DNA from: Rhizodiscina lignyota
Taxonomy: Eukaryota
Direction of reading: 5' to 3'
DNA length: 64,000 bases
Assembly (NCBI GenBank): GCA_010015805.1
Contig: ML978133.1
Span: forward strand, 496,001-560,000
A program made the position numbers and the translations under genes. The number at the start of each line of letters is the position of its first letter. Positions within the stretch are counted from its first letter, which is position 1. Under the pieces are notes generated by a model, which did not search any database, was not told where the DNA came from, and saw only the letters and a program-made list of their open reading frames with translations. Below, one piece after another: positions 1 through 11,516 of this stretch.

Positions 1-1529
1 AACTCCTGTCACTTCCTGCGGAACTTCTGGATCAAATCTTCGAGTGTTGCGACCGAGGTGCACAATCAGCTTTATGTAGGACATGTAAAGGCATTTATAC
101 TCGAGTTGTGTGTCTGGCAAACCATTCATTTGGGCTCGGCTAACAAAAGCCATTAGATTCCGATACTGTACAGGAACATTGATCTAAGCTGCCACAACTC
201 GACGCTTCGGGGACATACCGGCCCACCTCATTGTGCCCCTACGCATAGGCTCGTTCCGTCAAGGTTCATGGCAAGATATCGCACGCCTCTGGATGACGAA
301 GTTTTCTATCGACAGCAACTTTTGAGCAGAAGTATCTGCAACAATTCGAGGTTGGGCGAATACACGAAATCGTTGGTTTGGACTGTCCTCGATGAATCGG
401 GAAAAGGAGGCCCTGATAAATCTTTTCTGGCTATCTATCCCAAAAAGGACATGATTGGAAGGTGGAATGAAGCCGGATATGAGCTCTACCTGGATGACGG
501 CAAGTGGTTTAAACCCCGCATTAACATCATCGAGTTATATCCCGCCTGACTATGTTTTAGGTAACCTTTGGAAGACTTTCGAGAGTTTCATCAATGTGCG
601 CAACGTGGACATTGCTTGGTTTCGGTTCGTCGATACATTCACTTATGGGCGAAAGGCTGAAGTTGACATTCCATTATAGTGACTGCAGAGAAACAACCGC
701 ATCGATTCCGTCCTTTTTCAGAAGCGCAACTTCGCTTACAGTAGGAGGACAAGCAAGCAAGAAATTCGCAACGAAAGTACTGGGCACAGTCGAACCCCAA
801 AACTTGACTCATCTGTGCTTTTCCAATCTTCAGCAATTCGCCGAGCCACTACCGGCGCCATCAGATCATCCATCGCTTCAGCAACTTGTCGAATATTGCG
901 CAAATATCCGCCATCATACTGCGCCTGGACCCATGCGTGGCCACTTTCAAGATCTGATCGGCAAACTCACATCACTACGTTCCCTGCGTATCGACACCTT
1001 CGCTCCAAGTAGCTCACCGCCCACCAATGAGATTACCACATGCTATCGTGACTGGGCTGCTCTAATACGGTCGGTTAGCGGCACCTTGACGAATCTAACG
1101 GTCGAGCAAGGCCATTGGCACTGGATATACAGAAACCCTTCAAATGCCCACAACGGTGTCCACCAAAGAGAGCGTCCGACGGACAGACTCTTCGTTGACC
1201 ACATTGCACCAGCAATCCTGGAGTCCCAATGGCCGGAGCTCCGTGAACTAGAGATTCGTGGCCTCGGCAGATGCTCCATGCAGATGGTACATCGCGTTCG
1301 ACCAGAGGAGCTTCAACTGAGTGCGGATGAAGGATATGAGATCCTCAGGGAGCGGGGAAATACTTGGATTGGAAACAGGATATTCCATTATAATGGCACT
1401 CGTGCCGCTATTCGGAGACACCTCGAGCCCGACGCTGTTGTCATTATTGAGGAGGAGTCCAAGAATTTTGAGTATTGTGAGAACACAGGGATTCCGGAGT
1501 TCTACGTGGACACGCAAGGACTCGTATAG
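1..1529 (+). CDS. F-box-like protein, 5'-truncated by the window edge, 3 introns
   Basis: From position 3 the frame reads LLSLPAELLDQIFECC..ALCRTCK (F-box motif). Introns 108-156 (GT-AG), 500-560 (GC-AG) and 625-679 (GT-AG) join ORFs 268, 455 and 594 in frame. Confidence 0.75.
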
Positions 1530-1961
1530 CTGAGATTTGGCATCATGATGGTATCGAATATATGCAGGAGTTCTTTCAGAGGTGAAGGTTGGCAGTAGAT
1601 ATGGGACGTAATTCACGTCCACAGTGTACACTTAGAGGTACACGGCATTTAGAGTAGAAGAAAGGTCCCCAAAGTTGGATAAATTATTCACACAATGACA
1701 TCTTTAAGTTCCGTCTAGTTGGTGATGTTATGTGCTGGACGTCTTGTGAATCTTTCCGCGAAATGCATTGAAGTTGAGGAGGCAAGGGGTTATGTAGAGT
1801 CGCAGAGTCATTTGAGGTGCGCCGCTGAGTACTTCTACGGGGGACTGCGGTCGAACTTCTGCCATCAACTCACTCACCTCCACCACCGTCTGCGATCATA
1901 AATTGAAACGATCACGGCGTCGCGTCTTCCAACTCGCATCTCCTATTTCCCGTCGCAAGTC

Positions 1962-2684
1962 ATGACAGAGAGCGATGATGAGTTCTACACCATCCCGATA
2001 AAAGATCAGCGGGTCTTCGGCGCCGGCATCAAGCGCAAGCGCGTGCCTTTCGTCGCCGCCTCGTCTCCTGCCACCTCCGCCACCGCGACACCTCCAACTT
2101 CCGCTCGTTCAATCGCGGAGCGGTACCTCTCCATAGTTGGAGTAGGTCCTGAAGCGGAACGCTCTGTCTCAGCGCCGCCCACCGTTGGTCCAGTGGAAGA
2201 GGCGGAACTGGCGAAATGTGACATCTGCAATCGACCTATCGATGATGACTCCACGGCCGTTCCACATGAAGCCTCTCTTGCGCACCAAGTCTGTCTCGAG
2301 CATTCCCATGGCCCGTCGCATATAGATCGCCAGAGGAAGGGGCTGTCATACCTCCAGGCATACGGATGGAACCCAGATAGCCGCCAAGGCTTGGGAGCGA
2401 GTGGCGAAGGGAGACTGTATCCAGTCAAACCGAAAGAGAAGCGCGACACTGTAGGCTTGGGCGTAGACATCAAGGCTTTGAAAGCCGGGAAAGTGGCGCA
2501 GAAGGTGGAGAGACTGAATGCAAAGGAAGTCAGGCAGCGGGAGGCCAACGACAAAAAGAGAAAGGATAGGATTCAGAAGATGTTCACGGCTAATGACGAT
2601 GTTGAGAGGTATCTTGGGGCGTTAGATACGACTTCTGTACCTTCTGGGTGGCCATTATCCAAGTCGTTCCGAAAGAAAGCATAG
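1962..2684 (+). CDS. G-patch domain protein with a C2H2-like zinc finger
   Basis: G-patch GLSYLQAYGW..GLGASGEGRLYPV..GLG; CDIC...HEASLAH motif; single exon. Confidence 0.9.
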   Translation: MTESDDEFYTIPIKDQRVFGAGIKRKRVPFVAASSPATSATATPPTSARSIAERYLSIVGVGPEAERSVSAPPTVGPVEEAELAKCDICNRPIDDDSTAVPHEASLAHQVCLEHSHGPSHIDRQRKGLSYLQAYGWNPDSRQGLGASGEGRLYPVKPKEKRDTVGLGVDIKALKAGKVAQKVERLNAKEVRQREANDKKRKDRIQKMFTANDDVERYLGALDTTSVPSGWPLSKSFRKKA

Positions 2685-2704
2685 CGATGGTGTTTTGATG
2701 GTTT

Positions 2705-2910
2705 GGCCTTGAAGGCCGGAAAAGTAGCGCAGGAGATGGAGAAGCTGAATGCAAAGGAATCAGGCAGCGGACGACAGGAAGAGGAAGCATAGCATTCAGA
2801 AGATGTTTACGACCAATGACGATGTTGAGAACTTTGGGCAAGGCTTCAATACCTTCTGGGTGCCCACCATCCAAGTCTTTTCGGGAGAGGGCATAGCGCT
2901 GGAGTTTTTG
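2705..2910 (+). repeat. Degenerate tandem duplicate of the G-patch gene 3' end (source about 2474-2697)
   Basis: Co-linear similarity, e.g. ctgaatgcaaaggaa, attcagaagatgtt, aatgacgatgttgaga, taccttctgggtg, atccaagtc and gcatagcg occur in both copies. The copy has small deletions. Confidence 0.9.
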
Positions 2911-3052
2911 GTTGAAAGAGCGTCGAAATTTGGGATGGTGTTTTGGTGAATCTTGCTGGCGCGTTGGTAGAGTCCTCATTATTGCTCGACGCGCCCGCCG
3001 TTAGCCGCGCCGCAGCCTGTATGTGCTATTTCTCATACTGTGTTATATGTAC

Positions 3053-3225
3053 AACTCGCGTATTCTAATCCCTGTGCTTTCGAGCACTGGTTGGGAAAAC
3101 ATCAGGTAATGCTGAGTTTATCCTGGCCCCTCTTGCCCTTAGGGGCTGAGACCTCGTTGAGACGGACTGGGGGGTTCAGGTTTTTTTGCCCTTTGCTACG
3201 AAGGGTTCGATTCTCGCGGACATCA
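3053..3225 (+). ncRNA. Candidate structured ncRNA (H/ACA snoRNA-like), followed by a T12 tract
   Basis: Three hairpins, including a UUCG-capped stem at 3074-3087. ACA at 3220-3222 lies 14 nt after the last apical stem. There are antisense tracts to LSU rRNA, but no clean ANANNA box at the expected positions. Confidence 0.5.
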
Positions 3226-3499
3226 TTCCCTCCCTTTTTTTTTTTTGCTCGACTTTTACAACTACCGCGTTATATACATTTTGCAGAATGAAAATGACAT
3301 CGAAAATGAATTTCCATAGAGAACCACACAAGTATCTGCTTTTTTTCTTGAATCGTGACCCTTTATAGAAATGCTTGCGAGAGATGCATGTGGCCCGAGC
3401 TCCCCTGATGACATCTTGGTCCCTTGAAGCTCTTAAAACTTTCCACTGACCCCCATCCGGCTATTCCACCATCGTCCTTCACAGGACGGATAGTTCACA

Positions 3500-4757
3500 A
3501 TGAAGCCGATAATAGCTGTACCAGCTATTCTAGCGATCGTATACCGTGCCTGGTCTCGTAATTCTCTCACTCCGCTTGGTCTCTTCGTTGCAACATTGAC
3601 CGCAGTCGGGCACGCGATCCACCCATGGAGCTTCTCATTCACCTTACTAGGCGTTTTCTTCCTTGCGGGGACCCGAGTGACAAAGGTATTAATCCTCAGT
3701 ATTTCTTATTTCATTGTCAACCAATTTTAATACAGCGTTGCGGTTCAATTGCTGACGCTGGGTTCAATAGGTAAAGCACGACATCAAAGTTCGCCTCACA
3801 CAATCAGCGTCCGGAGCCAGCGGAGGTGAAGGACCGCGAACGCACGTCCAAGTCCTCGCGAACTCCCTCGTGGCTTTGATCCTCACAGTTCTGCACGCAT
3901 GGGTTCTGTCGAAGCGGGATGTGGCGCAGAGTCAGGAGGACTGCTGGCATCGTCCCAGCGCAAAATATCCGGAAGATGTGCTTGTGGTGGGGATTGTAGC
4001 GTCCGTGGTCTCTCAGGCACACAAGTTAATACCAGGGAAACAAGTGGGCTAACGAGGGCACAGAAACTACGTGGCAGTCGCGGCAGACACGTTCTCGTCT
4101 GAACTCGGTATCCTCGCTTCCTCATCACCGCGACTCATCACGGCTCCGTGGCGGACTGTACCGCGAGGGACAAACGGCGGCGTCACGCTCACAGGCATCA
4201 TTGCGGGACTTGCAGGCTCAGGGCTTCTTGCTGCTACGGCTGGACTACTGCTCCCATTCTGTGCAGGGACAGGAGCAACGAAGCGGAAGATCCCAGGCTT
4301 CGGTCACATAGACGAATACTCATGGGACTGGCAAGGCAAGCTTGGTTTTGTACTTGCCATGACCGCCGTGGGACTCGGTGGGAGCCTGCTCGATTCGATC
4401 ATGGGAGCGCTGGTACAGGCTAGTGTGGTCGATGTGAGGACGGGCAAGGTGGTTGAAGGAGATGGAGGGAACAGAGTTCAGTTGCATAGTCGAAAGTCAT
4501 GGCAGGTCGATGGGCCAGCTTCGAATACTACCGGAGCAAAGGCATCGCTTGGTCAAGCACAACGCAGGAAGGGTGTCGAGAGCAGCGGGACCGAGGAGAA
4601 AGGTGAAAGCAGAAGGCTGGAGGTTGGATGGGATTTACTCGACAACAATGGGGTCAATTTCGCCATGGCATTCGCCATGAGCGCTGCGGCCATGGTGGGA
4701 GCTTGTATAGTGTGGGAGATACCACTCGGTGCGGTTGTCGATAGCATTCTGAACTAA
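3500..4757 (+). CDS. DUF92/TMEM19-family integral membrane protein
   Basis: GGEGPRTHVQVLAN, ADTFSSELG, GTNGGVT, GSLLDS and LDNNGVN motifs; introns 3685-3770 and 4001-4063. Confidence 0.92.
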
Positions 4758-5140
4758 GCGAGTCTTCCAGAAGGCGAAAATATGACGTCTCATCTCAATC
4801 GTCAATCGCCCACACTGCAGATCTGTCAGATCGTGGCGGATCTTCCGACTGAAACCTGAGGAAGGGGATTCAGACACGTCGACTTCCACGTTGACGAGAT
4901 GCATGAAAGCAGGGAAACATGCAGAATGGCGTCGATGAACGCTGCAGGTGCATGACTATACGACATGTCTTATGGGCCAACGTTCAAAGGATGAGAGAGG
5001 AGTCACAATGGGAGTGGCATGGCTGGAAGAGCCGGTTCTTTTGAATTGATCGTGGTCCTTGTATATACGGAGATGAGGAGGTACACAGCATGGAACTTGT
5101 AAAGGCGCCCGTTTCAAAGGATAAAGTGCTGCCATGACTC

Positions 5141-5164
5141 GGGAGGATGGGAGGATGGGAGGAT
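5141..5164. repeat. Short tandem repeat (GGGAGGAT)x3
   Basis: Read directly from the sequence. Confidence 0.9.
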
Positions 5165-6118
5165 GTGCACACGGCATGTTGTGCATGAGAGCACTCGCCA
5201 TCCCTGCGTGCCATCGTCCGGACCGAGCTGTCATCTGCATAGGTCCATCTTCACGGCCATTGTTGACGCACAGCTTTCGATATGCTTTCTGATGGACTCG
5301 AGTCTGGAGATTCGCAGCGTTTCGAAACCAGCGCGTCGCGCGAGTCAATTGGCCTTTATCCTCCGCGTCGCAAGCAGTTGTCCGGGCCATCTCGTGTTGG
5401 AGGAAATTGTGCGGTCGAGCAATCTCCCACGCGCTCAAGGGACCGTAGTCATTTTAAGCCTCAATACCCGCCCGGCCAATGGCAGCACGCCGCTGCTGTG
5501 GCTAATTTCGCGACCTTCCTCGGTCGGGCCAAGCGCGCTGTAATGCTCGCTCCCCGGACGAGGTTGGTGCAGCTTGAGCTTCTGAAGCAGACAGCTCAGC
5601 ACGCTTCCCTTGCTGCCTCGCGTCTGATGCAGCTTTGAAAGCGCCCTGCCTCGTTTCGGCCGCTCTCACTCGCGCCCGCCGACGTCGCCCGCCCAACTCT
5701 TCCCTTCTGCACGTCGTCCCTTCTGCGCTCCACTCCCATTCGCGAGCGCTGCAGCAAGCAGCCACGGCCAACAGAACTCACCCAGTCGCTCATTCATGTC
5801 TGCTTCTCACCGTCATGCAAATACCTCTTTAATCACGCCTTTTGCTCGCCAGCTACCGCTCATTGCGCCCTTTTCACGCTGACGAACGCTTTACGGATGC
5901 TTGTTTTGAACGCAGTAATACTAGTGCTCCCTTTCCACCACCACCGCTCGCCGACCTCCCATCCTGCCTCGCCCGCTGCCGCCCTCTGATCGCTCCGTCG
6001 CTGCGCAGAGAAACAGTCAATCGCTCCTCGAGCTCCCGCTCAATTTCACGGCCACGCGCAACAACTCGAAACTGGGGGTGCCGAGGAGGGATATACCCGC
6101 GAGACCGCGACGGGTGGC

Positions 6119-8114
6119 ATGGGTGCTCCGGCAGAAGCAGCACCGCGACGAACCACGAGCATGAGCTCCCATTCTGCTACACGGCCCCGGCGATGGAGAA
6201 ACAGGAACATTTCAAAGTCGGCGCTCTTCTTGTCGCTCCTCGCCGCCAATTCGCAGACCGCAATGGCGCAGAGCAATTGCATCTCGCTCCAGGGTTCGAC
6301 GGCCTGTCCGGCCTTTAACCAGTCTTCGATATCGACCGATTCGCAATTGACTGGATTATTGTACGTGTCGGGGACTTTTTATATAAGTGAACATTTGGAT
6401 ATCCAGATTTGAGGCTAATTAGATGTCGCGATATAGTCCCTTTCTTTCCTTCGTCTCAGACGCGCAAACCTTCGACACGCGATTACGACAGTACATAGTG
6501 ACACAATTCTCGCAGCAAAGGTACGAGTGGAACAAGAACATGCCTCTGCACGGCATCATTGCTGACTTGGGCATTAGATTTCAGCAGCTGATAGGATGCA
6601 ATAAAGTCGACCTGTCGAATACAACGGACTTGTACGCGAGATACACCACGAGTGTGCTATGCAATGCCATTATACAGAACTCGGTGCAGGCGTGTGGACT
6701 AAATGATAGTCAATCGCGACCACTATGTGCAGATTCATGTGTAAGTGGTGCCATCCCGATGTGTCAGAGCAGAAGTTGATACGTTACAGGCCGAAAACGC
6801 TATCAGTGAGCAGCAAATAGCATCGAGTCCTGACATCTGCGGTACTCCTGGTAATGATGCTATCAATCAAATACGGGCAGACTTTACCAATTGCGCTCTT
6901 CCCGCCAACTCTTTAAGCGGGTCTTGCATAGAAGCCGTCCAGAACGAACCGGACAACTGCGGCTACTCGTCCAACCTTGGCGGCTTGTGCGGTTATTGCG
7001 CTGCCAGCTCTCCCAACGCCACCGACTCGTGCTGTGTCAATTCTCAGGCTGAGTCTCGCTGCTCAAATGTTCACCTTCCAAGGACAACCTCCATGCCACC
7101 CCTATTTACCACGAGCTCCTCGTCTCATGCTCCTTCCTCAACCGGAGCTGCTGCAGGAAGTTCAAGTGGTGGCAGCTCGGGTCTCTCAGGTGGTGCAATT
7201 GCTGGTATCGTCGTCGGCTCAGTTCTCGGCGCGCTTCTGCTCCTAGGCCTCATTGTTGGCGCCTGCATCCTTATGCGTCGCCGGCGCGACAGCCAGCAGG
7301 GCAGCATCTTCAACCAACCTTCGCCGTCCCGTCCTGGCCCTCCGATGAGCTACACGGGTATACAACGCGCACCTGAGGTCACGCCAGGAGGGCGGGTCAC
7401 GCGGATGTCGGCGCTCGAGGCCACTTCGAGCTCTGAACCTCATAGCAGCCCGATCGCAGGCGCTTACAACGGCAGCTCAGACGAATACAACGACAGCCCC
7501 GAGTCTCAACGGTCCATTGGTATGGCGGTGATGCAGAAGCGCGACGGGTCGCTGTCGAGCCACTCCCATGCTAACAATGACTCGTCCTCCCCCGGCAACG
7601 ACTTCAGCTCCCCTGAGGGTGTCGCGTCCGGTCAATCAGAGCAGCTGCAGTTCTTCAAGGACTACTACAGCCAGGATGAGATTCGCCCGAACGACATTGT
7701 TGCTACATTGTGGGCTTACCAACCACGTGCCAATGACGAGTTCGAGCTTGAGAGAGGAGACATGTTGAAGGTTGTTGGTATATGGGACGACGGTTGGGCA
7801 ACGGGAGTAAGAGTAAAAGAGAAGGCAGAAGAGTGGGAGGCTAGAAGAAAGGAAAATAGAGATTCGGGTGTCAGTAATGGCAGTAAGGGTCCGGCAGTTC
7901 GGCCGTCAAGTCCTCAGGCAACGGAAGGAGATATCAAGGCGTTCCCTGTGAGTACCGATGACGAATCCTCTAACCTCGGTGATGAGTACTGACAATTTAA
8001 CAGCTTGTCTGTGTGTGCCTGCCGCAGCATTGGCGGAAGACTATCGAGGGCGACTCAACCACCGAAGCAGCGACATCAACCACTGCAGCGGCTCCGCCGT
8101 CGGGCAGCCCTTAA
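6119..8114 (+). CDS. Single-pass membrane protein with a Cys-rich ectodomain, TM helix and cytoplasmic SH3 domain
   Basis: Hydrophobic leader, many Cys, GAIAGIVVGSVLG TM followed by RRRR, and SH3 motif WAYQPRANDEFELERGD..DDGW..FPLVCV; four introns; stop TAA at 8112-8114. Confidence 0.88.
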
Positions 8115-8270
8115 AGGCTGATGCATCCTTCGCTTGCATTCTCTGTTTGTTTTCCAGCGTCTTGCGTGCAAGAGACTTATGCCGGCATGACGAAATGGCG
8201 TTCTTTCACGGTTTTCCTGCATTCTGGTACATCGTGGACCTGTTCGAGTCCAAATAATATCAGCTCCAAA

Positions 8271-8296
8271 CTCACCGACCTCACCGACCTCACCGA
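8271..8296. repeat. Short tandem repeat (CTCACCGAC)x~3
   Basis: Read directly from the sequence. Confidence 0.85.
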
Positions 8297-9158
8297 TCGA
8301 CCAAGCGACCACTCATCGCATCGACTCCTGTCAGAACATATTGTACAGACCGACAGAGACTTGTACACCCACTGTTGCGGACCCCATTCGGGTAGTCGGT
8401 TCCAAGCTGCCTTTTCAGGCGACGCGGCGCTATCTGCCGCTGTTCATTCTATCACTCCTTTGCTGACCTTTTGCTTCACTTTATACCCACGGCCGCTCTA
8501 GTCGGAATCTAGACGCGCCACACTTGTAATTGCTTCTACTGCATCAACTTTTTCTTCTTCTCGTTTTTTTGCCTTGGAGCCGGCAGAATATACATATAGT
8601 ATCGCGTATGATACCCCCGCCCGCGGCAACTGTGGCCCATTTGGTCTTTCTGCCTCGACCGAAAGATCTTTCTCTTTTGGTTTGGCACTTTCGCACATGT
8701 TCAAGATGAGGATAAAAGCGAGGCGCAGTTGGAAGCAAGTGTACATATTTGGTAGAGAGAAAAAATGGAACAACTCAGCGGATTGTGGATATGCTCTTTT
8801 CGTTGTCCCGCCTGGTCCGCTCTCGCTATCCTATGCCTCCCAAACGGGAGAAGCCGACCACGACGCTAAAGCCGATCAAGAAATGGTCGTTGTATCCCTC
8901 ACCCCACAATGACGTGTTGAACCTAATAGAACTAAATGCGTTGAGAGCAGGGTTCTTGTGGAGAGTGGCAGTGATAATTGTATGATTCTTAGTATAAAAT
9001 ACAAGATTGAATTGTTTTAAAGCCACTAGCGCGCCAAGGCTACCAGGGTCAATTTGCCTAGTTGCTCAATGAGCAAAGCCCTCATCATTCTCAATTGCTA
9101 TTCAATCCTCGGTCAACAGCAGGGTCAATATCCTCGACTAGAGACAGAGCAGTTCACC

Positions 9159-10608
9159 ATGGCGCTCACGCGCCTGCCGAACGAGCTCCTTGACAACATT
9201 ATCGAATGTACTCTACCACAGGGCTTCGAGAGCGTGGCCTTGACCTGCAAGAGAATCCACGCGCGATGCACACCGTTCATCAAGCGCCATAACGAGCTGC
9301 GCTCCCGCTTCCGAGACTTTACTTACTACGTGGATCCTCGCGGCAGCCTGGTGGCTGCTTCCGACCTCATCACTCTTATCGCCGCCGAGCCCATTGTTGC
9401 GCGGTACATTCGAACCGCAAACCTCGTACATGACAGCAGGTTCCTCACGCGTGCACTCGTTCGTGGTGAATGACCCAAGTCGGTGCCGAGCATTGACGAT
9501 GGTGGAGCCGTTGACGAACTGTTTGCCAGCTCCACCTATCTACGGCAAGCCGGTCTCGACTGGAAGGAGTACTATGCTACGTTCGGAGAGGACGTCAGAG
9601 AGAAACGCTACTCGCAGCATGGTACTGCCTTGCTTCTGACGCTGCTCCCTAATACCGAGAAACTTACTATACCGAAATTATGGAGGCCGAACGCCGTAAC
9701 GAATAAGCTACTCGATATCCTTGTTGATAGGGCTAAGCAGTCGAGCCTCCTGTCTCCAGCATCCAGTCTTGCCTTGGTTACGAGATTCGACATATCGTTG
9801 GGCCAAAACGAACAAGTTGACTTAAGCTGGGCGACCCCCTTCCTTACCCTGCCGCGCATAGCGTCATTTCACGGCTCCAGATGCTTAGCATCAGGTGACA
9901 ACCCTAGGAGCCTTGCGTTCAGAGGTTCGCGTCATATGGCAGAGACACTGCAAGTGGCTAATCTAGCTAGCTGTTGCATCGACGACGTAGGTATCGCCGA
10001 GTTGCTTAAGCATACACCACGCCTAAAGACGTTGAGGTACTGGCACTACACGAAGTACGACTCCCCTATTCAAGACTGGGATATCTGTAAGTTTGTTAAC
10101 GTAGTGGCGCGCGAAGCTGGGAGCCATCTTGTCGAGCTCTCAGTTGCTATTCGCGAATTGCGCGGCTCTATCATCCCCGGCAAGGCATCCATGCGCGGGT
10201 TCCAGAAGCTGGAGAAGCTCGAGTATCCTCTGGAGCTTGTCATGTGCAACATCAACGCCACCGGCGCCGCGAGTCACATCGCTACCTTGTTCCAGCGCTT
10301 CCTCAATGGCTTAATAGACCCGTTCGTGCGCGACCTAATACCCACTTCAGTCGCCCAGCTGTCATTAAAGTCCGAGGGGACAGATTCTCATGAGAAAGCT
10401 CTTAACGACTTGTTTCGTCACTTCCGCCCGGTGCGCAAACCTCAGCTACCTGCTCTCCAGGAGATAGATATCGCCTGCCCCAGCTCTGCGGACGATGTCT
10501 ACAAGCAACAATGCCACAAGATCGTTGCGGAGGCCAGTGGTGAAGGTGTGGTTGTGCGTTTGCAGCCGTTCGATTACACGTAGATTCTGCTGGGATGGCG
10601 AACCCTGA
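9159..10608 (+). pseudogene. F-box/LRR-like gene with an in-frame TGA at 9471-9473 and a possible terminal frameshift
   Basis: MALTRLPNELLDNII F-box start. ORFs 9054 and 9483 are in the same frame, separated by one TGA with no intron signals. TpA-rich sequence. Confidence 0.7.
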
Positions 10609-11516
10609 GCCGTTGGTCGCAGACTCCAGGAGAAGGAAGGTGTTCGAGACGTGGGCAATGCTTGCACCAGCTCATATCCCCCACAGCGGACCTTCGGGCC
10701 AAGCAAAAATGTACTTTATGCTGCTTCAGATATATTTGTCCCGAACCGAACTCCGTTCGCCCTGACGACTGCTCTGCCCAGTGGTTCAAAGGGCCAGGAC
10801 AGGATACTCCTCGGCACGTTGCGCGTATGAGGCGCGAATAATTGATTGCTATATGAAAACGGAACGCAAAGCAAGAGGCGACGGGCACCACGCAGTCGCA
10901 AAGAGCTACGTTACGGAGTCGTTAGTTCGCAATTCGCCAATCTTGGAAACGGACTAGAGCTAAGGAGACCCTGCATGAACGCGCAGCTAACCTCCCAAAG
11001 TAATCGCCAAAGCCGAGGCATCAAGGGCATCTTCCGCTCTTCTACACTTTTGGATGAATACGTACGTAGCGGCTGCCTTACTCCACTACCGGTGAATTTT
11101 TGGGGATAAAGGTGCGTGGAGCCAGCTCGTACAGCTCTATCCTCTTTCATTGCTAGTTCTAGTATCCGGTGGGTCGGCCCGGTGTCATTGCCGTTGTCGC
11201 TTTCTCAGCGACCTTTTTCCTGCTGTGACTTGACTACCGAAAGGGGACTTTTGATTCGCCCGTCGCCGTCGGTTTGTTTATACTCCCGCGGGGTAGAAAA
11301 GGGAATTGCCTCTTTTCGATCATTTTTCTTCTTTTTATTTCTCGATCCTGCTTTCTCGAGTCGTGAGCGTGGAGAGAACTTGCGAACGTCAAAAGAGCTC
11401 TTGGGTTTTGGGTGAATTTGCGTCTAGAGAAATTGTTGTCGTTGAGTTAGCTGTTTGAGCATTGCATGCATTTGTAATCCACCGGGAGCACCGATTGTCT
11501 AGAGGAGTCTTGCGAG

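Noticed and set aside
3150..3225. tRNA gene suggested by GGTTCGATT and a downstream T-run
   Set aside because: The T-stem pairs poorly, and there is no 5' acceptor strand complementary to ggacatc and no D-arm.
3053..3225. U5, U6, snR30 or RNase MRP identity
   Set aside because: Invariant motifs (GCCTTTTAC, ACAGAGA, exact m1/m2 with ACA spacing, P4 halves) are absent.
4956..6100. Many short overlapping ORFs
   Set aside because: GC-rich promoter/5' UTR with no recognisable domain or coherent splice model.
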